Below the pieces are notes generated by a model, which made no database searches, was not told the DNA's origin, and saw only the letters and a program-made list of their open reading frames with translations. From the IMG/VR virus record IMGVR_UViG_3300033121_002101, positions 96,001 through 160,000 of that record: 64,000 bases of DNA, one strand, 5' to 3'. A program made the translations under genes and the position numbers. The DNA is from a virus. Its lineage: Duplodnaviria; Caudoviricetes. Positions 35,337-44,613 of the stretch are shown in pieces; position 1 is the stretch's first letter, and each line of letters opens with the position of its first letter.

Positions 35337-36479
35337 ATGTCATTAAAAGATAAGCAAGTGGTTGTTATACCAACAATAAGAGAGAGTAGTTTTTATCGTT
35401 TTATTGATGAGTGGCTAAATTACACTGATGATGGAGATGATCAGTTTCCAAATAATTTAATAGTTGTTCAAGACAATCCATGTAAGATAATATCATCACT
35501 GCCATATGTTAAAAGAGACATTAATGTAAAATACTTTACATGGAAAGATATTGATGATTCTTCTATGTCTCAAAAGTGGATTATTCCAAGAAGATCAGAT
35601 ACAGTAAGAAGCTTTGGATATTGGTACGCATTTATTAATAGCACAAACTATGAATGCATAATGACATTAGATGACGATTGCTATCCATCAAAAAATGTAG
35701 CAGACGAATATAATTGGAATGAAAAGCACCATGAGGCTCTAACAAATAATTCAAAGTGGTTCAATACTCTAAATTCAGTTAAACCAAGAGGTATTCCGTT
35801 TAAAAACATTGGTGCAAAAAAAGTATACTTGAACCATGGAATTTGGAGAAATGTTCTTGATTATGATGCACCAACACAGCTTGTCGCGCCAATAGCAGAA
35901 GCATATTCTTTAAACAATGCAATTGTTCCAAGCGGTATGTATTTTCCGTTTTGCGGTATGAATGTCGCATGGCTCAGAGAACTAACTCCGTTGATGTACC
36001 ACATGCTTATGGGATGTGTTTGTGTTGATGATATGCCTGATAAGCATGTTAAGAATGTTAGTAGATACTGCATTAGAACTGGTGATCAAACAAATAAAGG
36101 CTCGCCACTTTTTAAACTACCGTTTGATAGATTTGGCGATATTTGGTGTGGCATTTTAATGAAAAAGATTGTAGACCACATGGGGCTATCTGTATCAACA
36201 GGTACTCCATACATTCACCATGATAGAGCATCAGATCCATTCGTTAATCTTTGCAAAGAAGCAAATGGAATCAAAGTAAATGAAATATTTTGGGAACGTA
36301 TAGATTCTATTGAGTTACCAAAGTTACTTGATTCAAATGATATAACGCAAGTGAGTGCTCAGCATTATGCATTTATTGGAAGCAAGATGGAAGAGCTTTT
36401 TAAAGATGTTGAGCATAGCTGGTATTTTTCTATGCTTGGAGATGCAATGGTTGAGTGGGCAAAGCTTTTTATCAAGTGA
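35337..36479 (+). CDS. Reversibly glycosylated polypeptide / UDP-arabinopyranose mutase family (GT75-like)
   Basis: IPTIR, IVVQD, RSFGY, TLDDDCYP, RGIPF, NHGIW..VLDYDAPTQL, FPFCGMNVAW.REL.P.MY, RFGDIWCG, TGTPYIHHDRAS.PFVNL.KE..GI. Confidence 0.9.
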   Translation: MSLKDKQVVVIPTIRESSFYRFIDEWLNYTDDGDDQFPNNLIVVQDNPCKIISSLPYVKRDINVKYFTWKDIDDSSMSQKWIIPRRSDTVRSFGYWYAFINSTNYECIMTLDDDCYPSKNVADEYNWNEKHHEALTNNSKWFNTLNSVKPRGIPFKNIGAKKVYLNHGIWRNVLDYDAPTQLVAPIAEAYSLNNAIVPSGMYFPFCGMNVAWLRELTPLMYHMLMGCVCVDDMPDKHVKNVSRYCIRTGDQTNKGSPLFKLPFDRFGDIWCGILMKKIVDHMGLSVSTGTPYIHHDRASDPFVNLCKEANGIKVNEIFWERIDSIELPKLLDSNDITQVSAQHYAFIGSKMEELFKDVEHSWYFSMLGDAMVEWAKLFIK

Positions 36480-36877
36480 GTTATAAAGGAACATATAAAG
36501 GAAACAAGTTTAGATCGCTGATGGAATTGTCTTTCATGCTTTTAAAAGAATCTGAAGGGCATATCATTGGTGAGACTTTGCTGTATGAAAAGCTTTCAGT
36601 CTATTATAAGATTGGTAAGAACGGCAGAGATAGAAAATACATCATAGATTTTTATGATGAAAAAAATAAAACAGCTTATGAAGTTAAACCAGCTTCAAGG
36701 GTCAACAACAGAATCAATGTTGCAAAAGCAAAAGCAGCACGAGAACATTTAAAAAAATGTGATATAATATACAAAATAGTTTGTGAAGCTGATATTAAAA
36801 AGTTAATAACTTATAAAGAAGCTAAGCTAATAAAAGATGTCTCTTTTAAGATGAAAAGGAAAAAGCGTGCAAAATAG
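36455..36877 (+). CDS. TnsA-N/T4 gp4-like PD-(D/E)xK endonuclease
   Basis: FRSLMEL...YE...Y...RKYIIDF...YEVKP...K..AA. Confidence 0.75.
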   Translation: MGKAFYQVSYKGTYKGNKFRSLMELSFMLLKESEGHIIGETLLYEKLSVYYKIGKNGRDRKYIIDFYDEKNKTAYEVKPASRVNNRINVAKAKAAREHLKKCDIIYKIVCEADIKKLITYKEAKLIKDVSFKMKRKKRAK

Positions 36878-37433
36878 ATTAGCACTTTTTGTTGTTGGCG
36901 CTGACGGTTCTGGCAAAACAGAAATAAGTACACGTCTGTCTCAAATTACGGGTATAGAAAGATTTAAGTGTCCATCTGAGAAAGAATGGTTTAAGACTAA
37001 TTCATTTCATAAGAATTTAGCATTTGATGCTTTGCTTCCGTCATTTTGTAAGCAAACAAATACAAGTTTTATAAGTGATAGAGGATACCCATGCGAATGG
37101 GTTTATTCTACTTTTTACAAAAGAGAAACTGATTATGTTTTGCTGAAAAACTTAGATAAAATGTGGTCAGTAAATGGCGGTGCAATCTTGCATATGACAA
37201 GATCAGATTATTCAAAAGTTGAAGACGATCTTGTTGATACTAAAGATTTAAAGTCTATTGATAATCTTTACAGAGATTTTTTAAAGCAATCGCTGTTGCC
37301 TTCTATGACAGTGTGCACAGATGATTTTGTAGATGATACATCAATAAACTCATGGATAAAAGGATCAACAAATAAAGTTTTAGACTGGCTTATAAAATTA
37401 GACACATACCACGGAATGCTGTTTGCACATTGA
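36867..37433 (+). CDS. dNMP kinase (thymidylate-kinase-like P-loop)
   Basis: VGADGSGKT; ISDRGYPCEWVY. Confidence 0.85.
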   Translation: MQNRLALFVVGADGSGKTEISTRLSQITGIERFKCPSEKEWFKTNSFHKNLAFDALLPSFCKQTNTSFISDRGYPCEWVYSTFYKRETDYVLLKNLDKMWSVNGGAILHMTRSDYSKVEDDLVDTKDLKSIDNLYRDFLKQSLLPSMTVCTDDFVDDTSINSWIKGSTNKVLDWLIKLDTYHGMLFAH

Positions 37434-37438
37434 GTTTT

Positions 37439-38767
37439 ATGTCTGACGATAAAAATCTAAAAAAAGATCCAGGTGAAAAATATCAAGAAGATTTTTTATC
37501 TGCTGATGGGTCTGTCATTAACAGACGTTACGTTGACAGCAATCTGTTGTCACATGATTTAAGAAAAAGAGTAGATGCTGCAATAAGAACAAAAGTAAGG
37601 CATATGACAGGATTCAACAAGAAAATAAAATTGCAGCAAAGCGGATTGAGAATAGGATATTCTTTTTGGGGTTTTCTTGGTGATCACAAAATGAGTGATG
37701 AAGGTGATAGACTTTCAACACCAGACGGTAATGCAACATATTCATGGTCTTTTATTCTAGAGGCTGTTAGAAGAGGCCACAGAGTAATACCGATGATGCC
37801 AGATAGAGATAAGCCGGCATGTGATGAATACGGTGTCGCAAACTTTGAATCAATAGCGCAGGCACATAGAGTTACTGTTTACACACACTTGGTTGAATCT
37901 ACAGATGTATTTCATGGAAACGGTAACAGTGAAAATGATAAGTTTCCAGAATTAGATGTGCTTGTACTTGAGTGGAGATTTCCAATAAAGGGAAGAAATT
38001 TTGGTTTGTTGCCAGTAGATCCTGGTTACCAACCAGATTTTGACAGACAGACTGCGTTACTAAAGCATTACAGTGACAAGAAAACTAAAATAATAATTTG
38101 GGATTTAGACTTAAAATTAACAGAAGAAGATGAAAAAACTTGGCCGATTTCTTCAATCATTGAAACAAGTGTACATCCAATTCAGCAAGTACACAAGCGC
38201 GTGCAAGTTGAACCACCTGTTTATATTGATTCATTGATGGAATGGCCGACAGTTTTGGCAACAAATATGTTGTCATATATTGGTTCGAGGTATGAACGTG
38301 ATGATGTAATTGATCACTGGATTAGACCAATTGCAAATAGAGAAGGGTGTAGAGGTAAAATACACTTTTACGGAAATTGGATGAAAGATCTATCTGAGTT
38401 AACATTGCGTTGGCCTGGAGTATGTTTTAATGATAGAGTAACTTTATCTGAGTTTAAAGAGATATTAAGATGTGCAGCAGGAGTTCCTCTGCTTGCAAAA
38501 GAAGAATATAGAAAAAGAGGTTTTATAACGCCAAGAGTATGGGAAGCTCTTGCATTCGGTTCAATTCCTGTTGGACTACACGGTCATGCTGCAATATCAA
38601 AATATACTGATTTTGTTGCAAAAGATCCAGACAATTTAAAAGAAATTTCACTTGAATTACTTTCAATGAGTCTTGAAGACCGTGATAAAGAAAGAAAAAA
38701 AGCAATTGACAAGATTAAATTTATGGATGTAAAATATTTTATGAATACGTTAGAAGGACTTTTCTGA
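37439..38767 (+). CDS. GT-B glycosyltransferase, T4 beta-glucosyltransferase-like (candidate DNA glycosyltransferase)
   Basis: YIGSRYER, FYGNW, GFITPRVWEALAFG (compare T4 BGT FITLRVWE). Confidence 0.75.
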   Translation: MSDDKNLKKDPGEKYQEDFLSADGSVINRRYVDSNLLSHDLRKRVDAAIRTKVRHMTGFNKKIKLQQSGLRIGYSFWGFLGDHKMSDEGDRLSTPDGNATYSWSFILEAVRRGHRVIPMMPDRDKPACDEYGVANFESIAQAHRVTVYTHLVESTDVFHGNGNSENDKFPELDVLVLEWRFPIKGRNFGLLPVDPGYQPDFDRQTALLKHYSDKKTKIIIWDLDLKLTEEDEKTWPISSIIETSVHPIQQVHKRVQVEPPVYIDSLMEWPTVLATNMLSYIGSRYERDDVIDHWIRPIANREGCRGKIHFYGNWMKDLSELTLRWPGVCFNDRVTLSEFKEILRCAAGVPLLAKEEYRKRGFITPRVWEALAFGSIPVGLHGHAAISKYTDFVAKDPDNLKEISLELLSMSLEDRDKERKKAIDKIKFMDVKYFMNTLEGLF

Positions 38768-39189
38768 TGTGGTTAAAAAGATTTTTTATTAAAGATATTG
38801 AGGAAGAAAGTAATATGGCAAAAAAAGTTTTTACGTATAAAGTTCATGGTGACGGTGTAAAGCCGGGAGTTGCTCCACACGGTTTAGTTTTAAGGTCTCC
38901 AATAGACTTATCACTTAAGCCAGGACAAAGCACATCTCTTGACTTACTTGTTTCAGTTGATGCATCATGCTTAGCATTTGTACGTAATCCGATCGCTAAT
39001 GAAATGATAAATGACGGCGATTTAGTCGTCTACGTTTCTAATGCTGCAAGCGGTGTTCTTCTGAACGCAGACGAGCGTCCAGTTTTATTTCTTGCGAATA
39101 AGTCGCAGTCAAAAACATTTGATGTATCAGCAAAAGATGCACTAATTGAGTTAGTGCCTCAGCAAGATGTTACAGTAAAAGGAAGCTGA
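38767..39189 (+). CDS. Degenerate trimeric dUTPase-fold protein (likely start 38815)
   Basis: GLVLRSPIDLSLKPGQ..., GVLLN..., LFLANKS...FDV...IELV follows dUTPase topology without the catalytic motifs. Confidence 0.4.
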   Translation: MWLKRFFIKDIEEESNMAKKVFTYKVHGDGVKPGVAPHGLVLRSPIDLSLKPGQSTSLDLLVSVDASCLAFVRNPIANEMINDGDLVVYVSNAASGVLLNADERPVLFLANKSQSKTFDVSAKDALIELVPQQDVTVKGS

Positions 39190-39190
39190 T

Positions 39191-39493
39191 ATGCCAAAAG
39201 GCCGCCCAAGCTCAGGACCTGCTTCTTTCGGAAGACACGCAATGAAACAAATAATTGCGCGTGTTGATAGAAAGCAGGTAGATGAACTTTATGGCATGCT
39301 TAGAGAAGAAGGCATAAGCTTACAAGCTTTTATAGCTTTGTGCGTTAAGATGTACATAGAATCAAATCCAAGTATGAGAGCTATGATTGAATCATACAGG
39401 AGAGATTTGTATGTTACTAAAAATGAAAAAGATAGTGGTGAAGTGTTTTCTGATGATGAGCGTGCTGCAATCCTTCGTGATATCGAAAGGTGA
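39191..39493 (+). CDS. Hypothetical protein, possible ribbon-helix-helix DNA binder
   Basis: KQIIARVD...LREEGISLQAFI. Confidence 0.5.
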   Translation: MPKGRPSSGPASFGRHAMKQIIARVDRKQVDELYGMLREEGISLQAFIALCVKMYIESNPSMRAMIESYRRDLYVTKNEKDSGEVFSDDERAAILRDIER

Positions 39494-39508
39494 TATAATA
39501 AATTAATC

Positions 39509-39907
39509 ATGGGAATGAATAGAAAAATAAAAAGAGCGTCTATGAGATTTGCTTATGATGTTTTATCCAAAAAGTGGAAAGAGCAGTTGTTTAAGCAAAA
39601 TTTTTATGCTAGACTTATGGGTAACGATAAGATACCTGACAGTATAAAAAATGAGATGGTTGGTCGTAAGCCACCTTTTTCTGTTTTCATGAAAGTTATG
39701 AATGGTGTGAGTAATCCTGTTAAAGTTATAAGTGAATCTACGCCAGTAGAATTTATAACATTCGTAGATGAAAACTTAGAAAGCATGGGCAATAAAATTT
39801 TTGTGGCGTGGAATTGTTCCAAACATTCAAAGAGAGCAAACTACAGATGGCGAAAACACCCCGTTCGTCCCAACAGCAACAGAATGACCAAAGCAAGAAG
39901 AAGATAA
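39509..39907 (+). CDS. Hypothetical protein
   Basis: 132-aa ORF; overlaps a second short ORF 39808-40005 with an IKPGDRV motif. Confidence 0.5.
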   Translation: MGMNRKIKRASMRFAYDVLSKKWKEQLFKQNFYARLMGNDKIPDSIKNEMVGRKPPFSVFMKVMNGVSNPVKVISESTPVEFITFVDENLESMGNKIFVAWNCSKHSKRANYRWRKHPVRPNSNRMTKARRR

Positions 39908-40004
39908 AGCCAGGAGATAGAGTACGCTTTAAATTGAAACATTTGATGAATGGAAGCTTTGGAATTGTAATTGAAGTTATTGAAGATAAAAAGAAAAAAG
40001 AATA

Positions 40005-40886
40005 ATGACTATATCTGCAAGAATAGACACAGATTCAATAAATGAATCTGGTGATAGAATAACAACATGGATTTTAAGATATCCACGTTTTATTCATGCT
40101 GACTTTATGACTCACAGAGTGTTTAGTAGGAATGGATCGTCTTCAAGAGCTAGGCGTGCTACTAACATTCTAAAAGAAGTTGTTTTAGATCCCGTTGTCC
40201 CAATAGAGTGGGGCAAAAATGGAAAAGGCATGTCAGCAGATAAGACATTAAGCAGTTTTAAATCTTGGCTTTGCAAGAAAATTTGGTTGTCTACAAGATT
40301 GCCTGTCGTAGCGTCTGTTTGGCTTTTAAACAAGATTGGTTTGCACAAGCAGTGGACGAATAGATTACTTGAGCCGTGGGCTCACATCACTGTTATAATG
40401 ACTGCAACTGAAATGGATAATTTCTTTGCATTACGCGATAGCGATAAAGCACAACCAGAAATTCATAAATTAGCCTCTCAAATGAAGAGAGAATACAACA
40501 ACTCTATTCCTGTACTTTGCATGAAAGGTGAATGGCACATTCCTTTGTTAACACAAGCAGAAAGAGATAGACTTACATCTGTGAATTTACGTTCTAGAGG
40601 ATTTTTTCTTCCAGATAATACAGGTGAAGATCTGAAATGGCTTTCTGAAACAATACGTGTATCAACAGCAAGAGCTGCGCGTGTATCGTACAACAGAACA
40701 GAAATGATTAAATCTAAAGAAGAAGATTTAGATTTGCATGACAAGTTAAAAAGTGATGGTCATTGGTCACCATTTGAACACTGTGCATCAGCTGAACCTG
40801 GTGTAGAATGGGTTGGCAATTTTTATGGTTGGGCTCAATATAGAAAATCATTTATGAACGAATCAGGTTCAGATAGGAATTCATGA
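40005..40886 (+). CDS. thyX: FAD-dependent thymidylate synthase
   Basis: RFIHADFMTHRVFSRNGSSSRA, NRLLEPW, FFALR...AQPEI, ARVSY, HWSPFEH. Confidence 0.93.
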   Translation: MTISARIDTDSINESGDRITTWILRYPRFIHADFMTHRVFSRNGSSSRARRATNILKEVVLDPVVPIEWGKNGKGMSADKTLSSFKSWLCKKIWLSTRLPVVASVWLLNKIGLHKQWTNRLLEPWAHITVIMTATEMDNFFALRDSDKAQPEIHKLASQMKREYNNSIPVLCMKGEWHIPLLTQAERDRLTSVNLRSRGFFLPDNTGEDLKWLSETIRVSTARAARVSYNRTEMIKSKEEDLDLHDKLKSDGHWSPFEHCASAEPGVEWVGNFYGWAQYRKSFMNESGSDRNS

Positions 40887-41329
40887 TGAACAATAAGTGC
40901 AGATGCAAAGAATTTGAAGAATGTAGACACTGTACTCATAAAGTTACTAAAAAAATATCATCTATGACAATGGCTGGTTTTTTGAAAACAGAAGAGCTAA
41001 CAGATAATCTGATCGTTGATATCGACGATGAAGATATTAAAAGCATTCTCAGAGAATGCTTTGAAACTCTGTCTGACAAAGGAACAGATTACTCAGCAGG
41101 TACAAAAGATCGCCTTTATAATTTCAGACGAGCATCTGAAGAGATTGGTCTTCCAATGAGAAAGATTTTGTACATCTACCTGTGGAAACATTTAAGTGCA
41201 GTTACAAAATACTGCAACGATGGAGAACTAAAGTCTGAATCATTAAAAGGAAGAATAGTCGATGCAATCAACTACTTGCTTCTTCTTTATAAAATTGACT
41301 GTGAAGAAACTTTAGCAAGTAAAATTTAA
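40883..41329 (+). CDS. DUF1599-like all-alpha nucleotide-modification-associated protein
   Basis: K..DYS....LYNF...KH...ES...RIVDAINYLLL. Confidence 0.7.
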   Translation: MMNNKCRCKEFEECRHCTHKVTKKISSMTMAGFLKTEELTDNLIVDIDDEDIKSILRECFETLSDKGTDYSAGTKDRLYNFRRASEEIGLPMRKILYIYLWKHLSAVTKYCNDGELKSESLKGRIVDAINYLLLLYKIDCEETLASKI

Positions 41330-41338
41330 GGAATTATA

Positions 41339-41446
41339 ATGTTTGCAAATGTAAAAAATTCAACGTGGATTTTTCTTGGAATTGTTCTTTTTCCTTTTTT
41401 GCTGTTTTACATTGCTATGAAAGCTATACAAAGATTTTTTGAATGA
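41339..41446 (+). CDS. Small membrane protein (35 aa)
   Basis: AAGGA RBS, hydrophobic core, ATGA overlap with the next gene. Confidence 0.45.
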   Translation: MFANVKNSTWIFLGIVLFPFLLFYIAMKAIQRFFE

Positions 41447-41922
41447 ATATATTTGTTTTGGATAGAGATCCAGAATTAGCAGCAGCTTATCTTTGTGATA
41501 AGCATTGTGTCAAAATGCCGCTTGAATCTGCTCAAATGCTTTCTACAGTTGTAAACAGTTTTGGCATTGAAACAGAATATAAACCAACCCACACAAAGCA
41601 TCCGTGTACAATCTGGACAGCTGAGTCATTGGAAAATTTTCTTTGGCATTCTTTATTAGCAATCTCTCTTTGTAGAGAGTATACTTTTAGATACGGCAAA
41701 AAACACAAGTCACAAAGTGTTATCGAAAAGTGTACAGATATTTGTTTAGATGGTAATATTAAATTTGAACGAAAAGAAATGACAGATTTCGCTCAAGCGA
41801 TGCCAGAAGAATGTAAAGACAAAGATGCTGTCGTTGCATATAGAAAATACTATATGATGAAAAAAAATGATATTGCAAAATGGAATAAATGTAGAAGTGC
41901 ACCAGAATGGTGGGTGATATGA
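41443..41922 (+). CDS. Pyrimidine-dimer DNA glycosylase (DenV-like family)
   Basis: MNIFVLD...DKHCVKMPLESAQMLST...THTKHPCTIW...EYTFRYGKKH...AYRKYY. Confidence 0.85.
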   Translation: MNIFVLDRDPELAAAYLCDKHCVKMPLESAQMLSTVVNSFGIETEYKPTHTKHPCTIWTAESLENFLWHSLLAISLCREYTFRYGKKHKSQSVIEKCTDICLDGNIKFERKEMTDFAQAMPEECKDKDAVVAYRKYYMMKKNDIAKWNKCRSAPEWWVI

Positions 41923-43418
41923 AAGTTTGTCTTATTATTCCGCCATCACCGTTTCTTATGGATGAAAGAGTATTCCCTTCGCTGGGAATACTTCGCGTTG
42001 CTTCATCATTAGAAAATCAAAATGTAAAAGTAGATCTGATAGATCTTTCAGGTGTACAAAATTATCTTGATGTCGTATCGAAATATGTATCTGAGAATGA
42101 TACTCTGCTGTATGGAATAACATCTACAACTCCGCAATTTCCTGCTGTTTGCAAAATTGCTTGTTTAATAAAGCAAAAAGAAAACGTTTCTATAACACTC
42201 GGCGGGCCGCATGCAACTCTTGTTGCTGCTGCTGTTAAGGGTGAAGATAAAAGAAATGTTGTCGGAAGAGCACATCATGCTATGAATGACATGACTGGTC
42301 GATTCGACACTATAATTGCTGGCGATGGAGAGATGATACCTCACAACGTAATGTTTGGTGGTGGTATCGTTGATGCAGATGATCCAAATGGAAAGTATTT
42401 CATGACAGATTATCAGTACTCAAGTGCTCCAAAAGAAGCCAGATCTCTCATAGATTTAAGTTCTTATCATTACAAGATAGAAGGACATGAAGCAACAACT
42501 CTGATCGCTCAGTTGGGTTGTCCATTCTCATGCGGCTTTTGTGGTGGACGTAAATCACCAATGTTGAGAAGAATTCGTTCACGCCCAACATCAACAATCA
42601 TAAGTGAAATTAGAGACCTCCACACAACGTATGGATACACTGGTTTCATGTTTTATGATGATGAGCTCAATGTTTCAAATTCAATGATAGAATTGATGGA
42701 CTCTATCTATCTTTTACAAAAAGAATTGAATACAGAATTTAGACTTAGAGGCTTTGTAAAAGCAGAACTGTTTACAGATGAACAAGCAGAATCAATGTAT
42801 AAAGCTGGGTTCAGATGGCTGCTAACTGGATTTGAATCTGGTAGTCCTCGTATTCTAAAAAACATCCAGAAAAAAGCTTCTCTTGAAGACAACACTCGTG
42901 CAGTTGAAATTGCAAGAAGACATGGACTCAAAGTGAAAGCGCTGATGTCAATTGGACATCCAGGTGAATCAGAATACACAATAAATGAAACTAAAAATTG
43001 GCTGCTAGATGTAAGGCCAGATGATTTTGATTGCACGATAATAACGACGTATCCAGGAACTCCATACTATGATGATGCTGTTTTGACAGCTCCGGGCATT
43101 TGGACGTATACTGCAAAAAACGGTGACAAACTTCATGCAGATGAAGTTGATTATACAATCACCGCTGATTACTACAAGGGCGCGCCTGGGGGTGGTTATA
43201 AAGCTTATGTACATACCGACCACCTAACATCAAGTGAGCTAGTCACACTACGTGACACGCTAGAGGATTCCGTTAGGCATACGCTTAATATACCATTTAA
43301 CCAATCAGCTGCTGCAATAAATTATGAGCACTCGATGGGCCAAAACATTCCTCAGAATATTTTGAGGAGTTCAAAAAATGATTCTAAAAAACGAGTTTAC
43401 TTGAATCTTGTGAAGTAA
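41919..43418 (+). CDS. Cobalamin-binding radical SAM enzyme
   Basis: PSLGILRVAS, LGGPHAT, GDGE, GCPFSCGFC, YDDE, GFESGS, GHPGES, YPGTP. Confidence 0.92.
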   Translation: MKVCLIIPPSPFLMDERVFPSLGILRVASSLENQNVKVDLIDLSGVQNYLDVVSKYVSENDTLLYGITSTTPQFPAVCKIACLIKQKENVSITLGGPHATLVAAAVKGEDKRNVVGRAHHAMNDMTGRFDTIIAGDGEMIPHNVMFGGGIVDADDPNGKYFMTDYQYSSAPKEARSLIDLSSYHYKIEGHEATTLIAQLGCPFSCGFCGGRKSPMLRRIRSRPTSTIISEIRDLHTTYGYTGFMFYDDELNVSNSMIELMDSIYLLQKELNTEFRLRGFVKAELFTDEQAESMYKAGFRWLLTGFESGSPRILKNIQKKASLEDNTRAVEIARRHGLKVKALMSIGHPGESEYTINETKNWLLDVRPDDFDCTIITTYPGTPYYDDAVLTAPGIWTYTAKNGDKLHADEVDYTITADYYKGAPGGGYKAYVHTDHLTSSELVTLRDTLEDSVRHTLNIPFNQSAAAINYEHSMGQNIPQNILRSSKNDSKKRVYLNLVK

Positions 43419-43422
43419 TATT

Positions 43423-43737
43423 ATGGAAGAAATATCAGAAGAAGATAAAAAGAAAAGAAAAATATCTCTCGGGCCAGCAGAGTTAAGACCTTTTGAAGAA
43501 GAAAAAGGTGCATATGCTTTGTATAGACCTGTATATGTTGACGGGTGGGATGACTCAATAAGAAAGTTTGTCAGGATATCTACAAATGAACCTATTGGGC
43601 CTCTAGCTGTTTTTAGACCAGCATCTAAAAATGAAAGCGTCGACATGAGAACGTTTGATCCGATTTCTAAGAAAGAAATACAATTACATTGTATTTGGGA
43701 TCCAAGCGGAACATTTTTAAGAAAACACGAACAATGA
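43423..43737 (+). CDS. Hypothetical protein
   Basis: 104-aa ORF. Confidence 0.55.
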   Translation: MEEISEEDKKKRKISLGPAELRPFEEEKGAYALYRPVYVDGWDDSIRKFVRISTNEPIGPLAVFRPASKNESVDMRTFDPISKKEIQLHCIWDPSGTFLRKHEQ

Positions 43738-44030
43738 AACGCAGCTTAAAATTTTTTGATGATATAATGTCGAAAGCAGATGGAGAGTGCCCGTCATGTG
43801 TTATAGACGGTTGGGTGTGGGTAGATAAAAATGAATTTGGAAGCAATTACTTCTATGAAGTAAAAACAGGTAAGTTTTATGATGTTAATCATGATGTTGC
43901 ACAAGTGTATCCAAGCATAGTAAAAGAAGTTAATTGGTCACATTTGTCTAAGTTCAAAAGTGATATTGGTGTAAATGATATTATGGATGCTCTTGGCTTT
44001 GTAGCATTTTCTGATGAAGAGTTAAAATAG
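43734..44030 (+). CDS. Hypothetical protein
   Basis: ATGA overlap with the upstream ORF; TAG stop. Confidence 0.55.
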   Translation: MKRSLKFFDDIMSKADGECPSCVIDGWVWVDKNEFGSNYFYEVKTGKFYDVNHDVAQVYPSIVKEVNWSHLSKFKSDIGVNDIMDALGFVAFSDEELK

Positions 44031-44070
44031 ACATGAAAAAAGTTTTCATTTTTGGTGGGAGAGCATTTAA

Positions 44071-44613
44071 ATGATTTCTATTATGACAGACAAAGGCACA
44101 ATTGTCGGCGAATTGAAAATGATAAAAGACAATGTTGCATATGTCCAGAATGTAATTTCTGGTAGCACTGTTTGTGGCCCTGCATCTACAATAAAGCCAG
44201 TTTCTGAAGAGCAGTTAGAAAAAATTGAATGGTCTATAGAAATGGCAACTACTTTAATAAAATCACAAGAAAGAGTTGCTGGTGAACAAGCTGCAAGTCC
44301 ACGAAGAAAGCTTATAGACAGATTGTCTGAATATGCAATATCAAGTGGTATGCAATTGGCTGAAGCAGGTGCATTTTTTAAATTCACAATCAGCAATTCA
44401 GACAACGTAATCTATCTTTCAAAAAGGCTCGGTAGAATAGACATAGCTGGTTTTGAAGTTAAATCAAATTTGTTTAGACAAATTGATAGAGATGAAGCAA
44501 AGAAAAGAAAACTTGGAAGAATATCATCACAAGCGATTGATATAGATAATGGCTCGATAGAAGATCTGTGGAAAATGTGTGTTGATAGCGCGCTTGTAAA
44601 AGATCGTATTTGA
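44071..44613 (+). CDS. Hypothetical protein; C-terminal domain related to 54071-54607
   Basis: IYLSKRLGRIDIAGF...KRKLGRI. Confidence 0.6.
   Translation: MISIMTDKGTIVGELKMIKDNVAYVQNVISGSTVCGPASTIKPVSEEQLEKIEWSIEMATTLIKSQERVAGEQAASPRRKLIDRLSEYAISSGMQLAEAGAFFKFTISNSDNVIYLSKRLGRIDIAGFEVKSNLFRQIDRDEAKKRKLGRISSQAIDIDNGSIEDLWKMCVDSALVKDRI

Noticed and set aside
36455-36877. Tn7-like transposon, from the TnsA-like domain
   Set aside because: No TnsB/TnsC or terminal repeats; stand-alone TnsA-N/gp4-like nucleases are common in large phages.
39780-40005. Possible frameshift joining 39509-39907 with 39808-40005
   Set aside because: No convincing slippery site, and the second ORF has its own possible starts (GTG 39808, ATG 39847).
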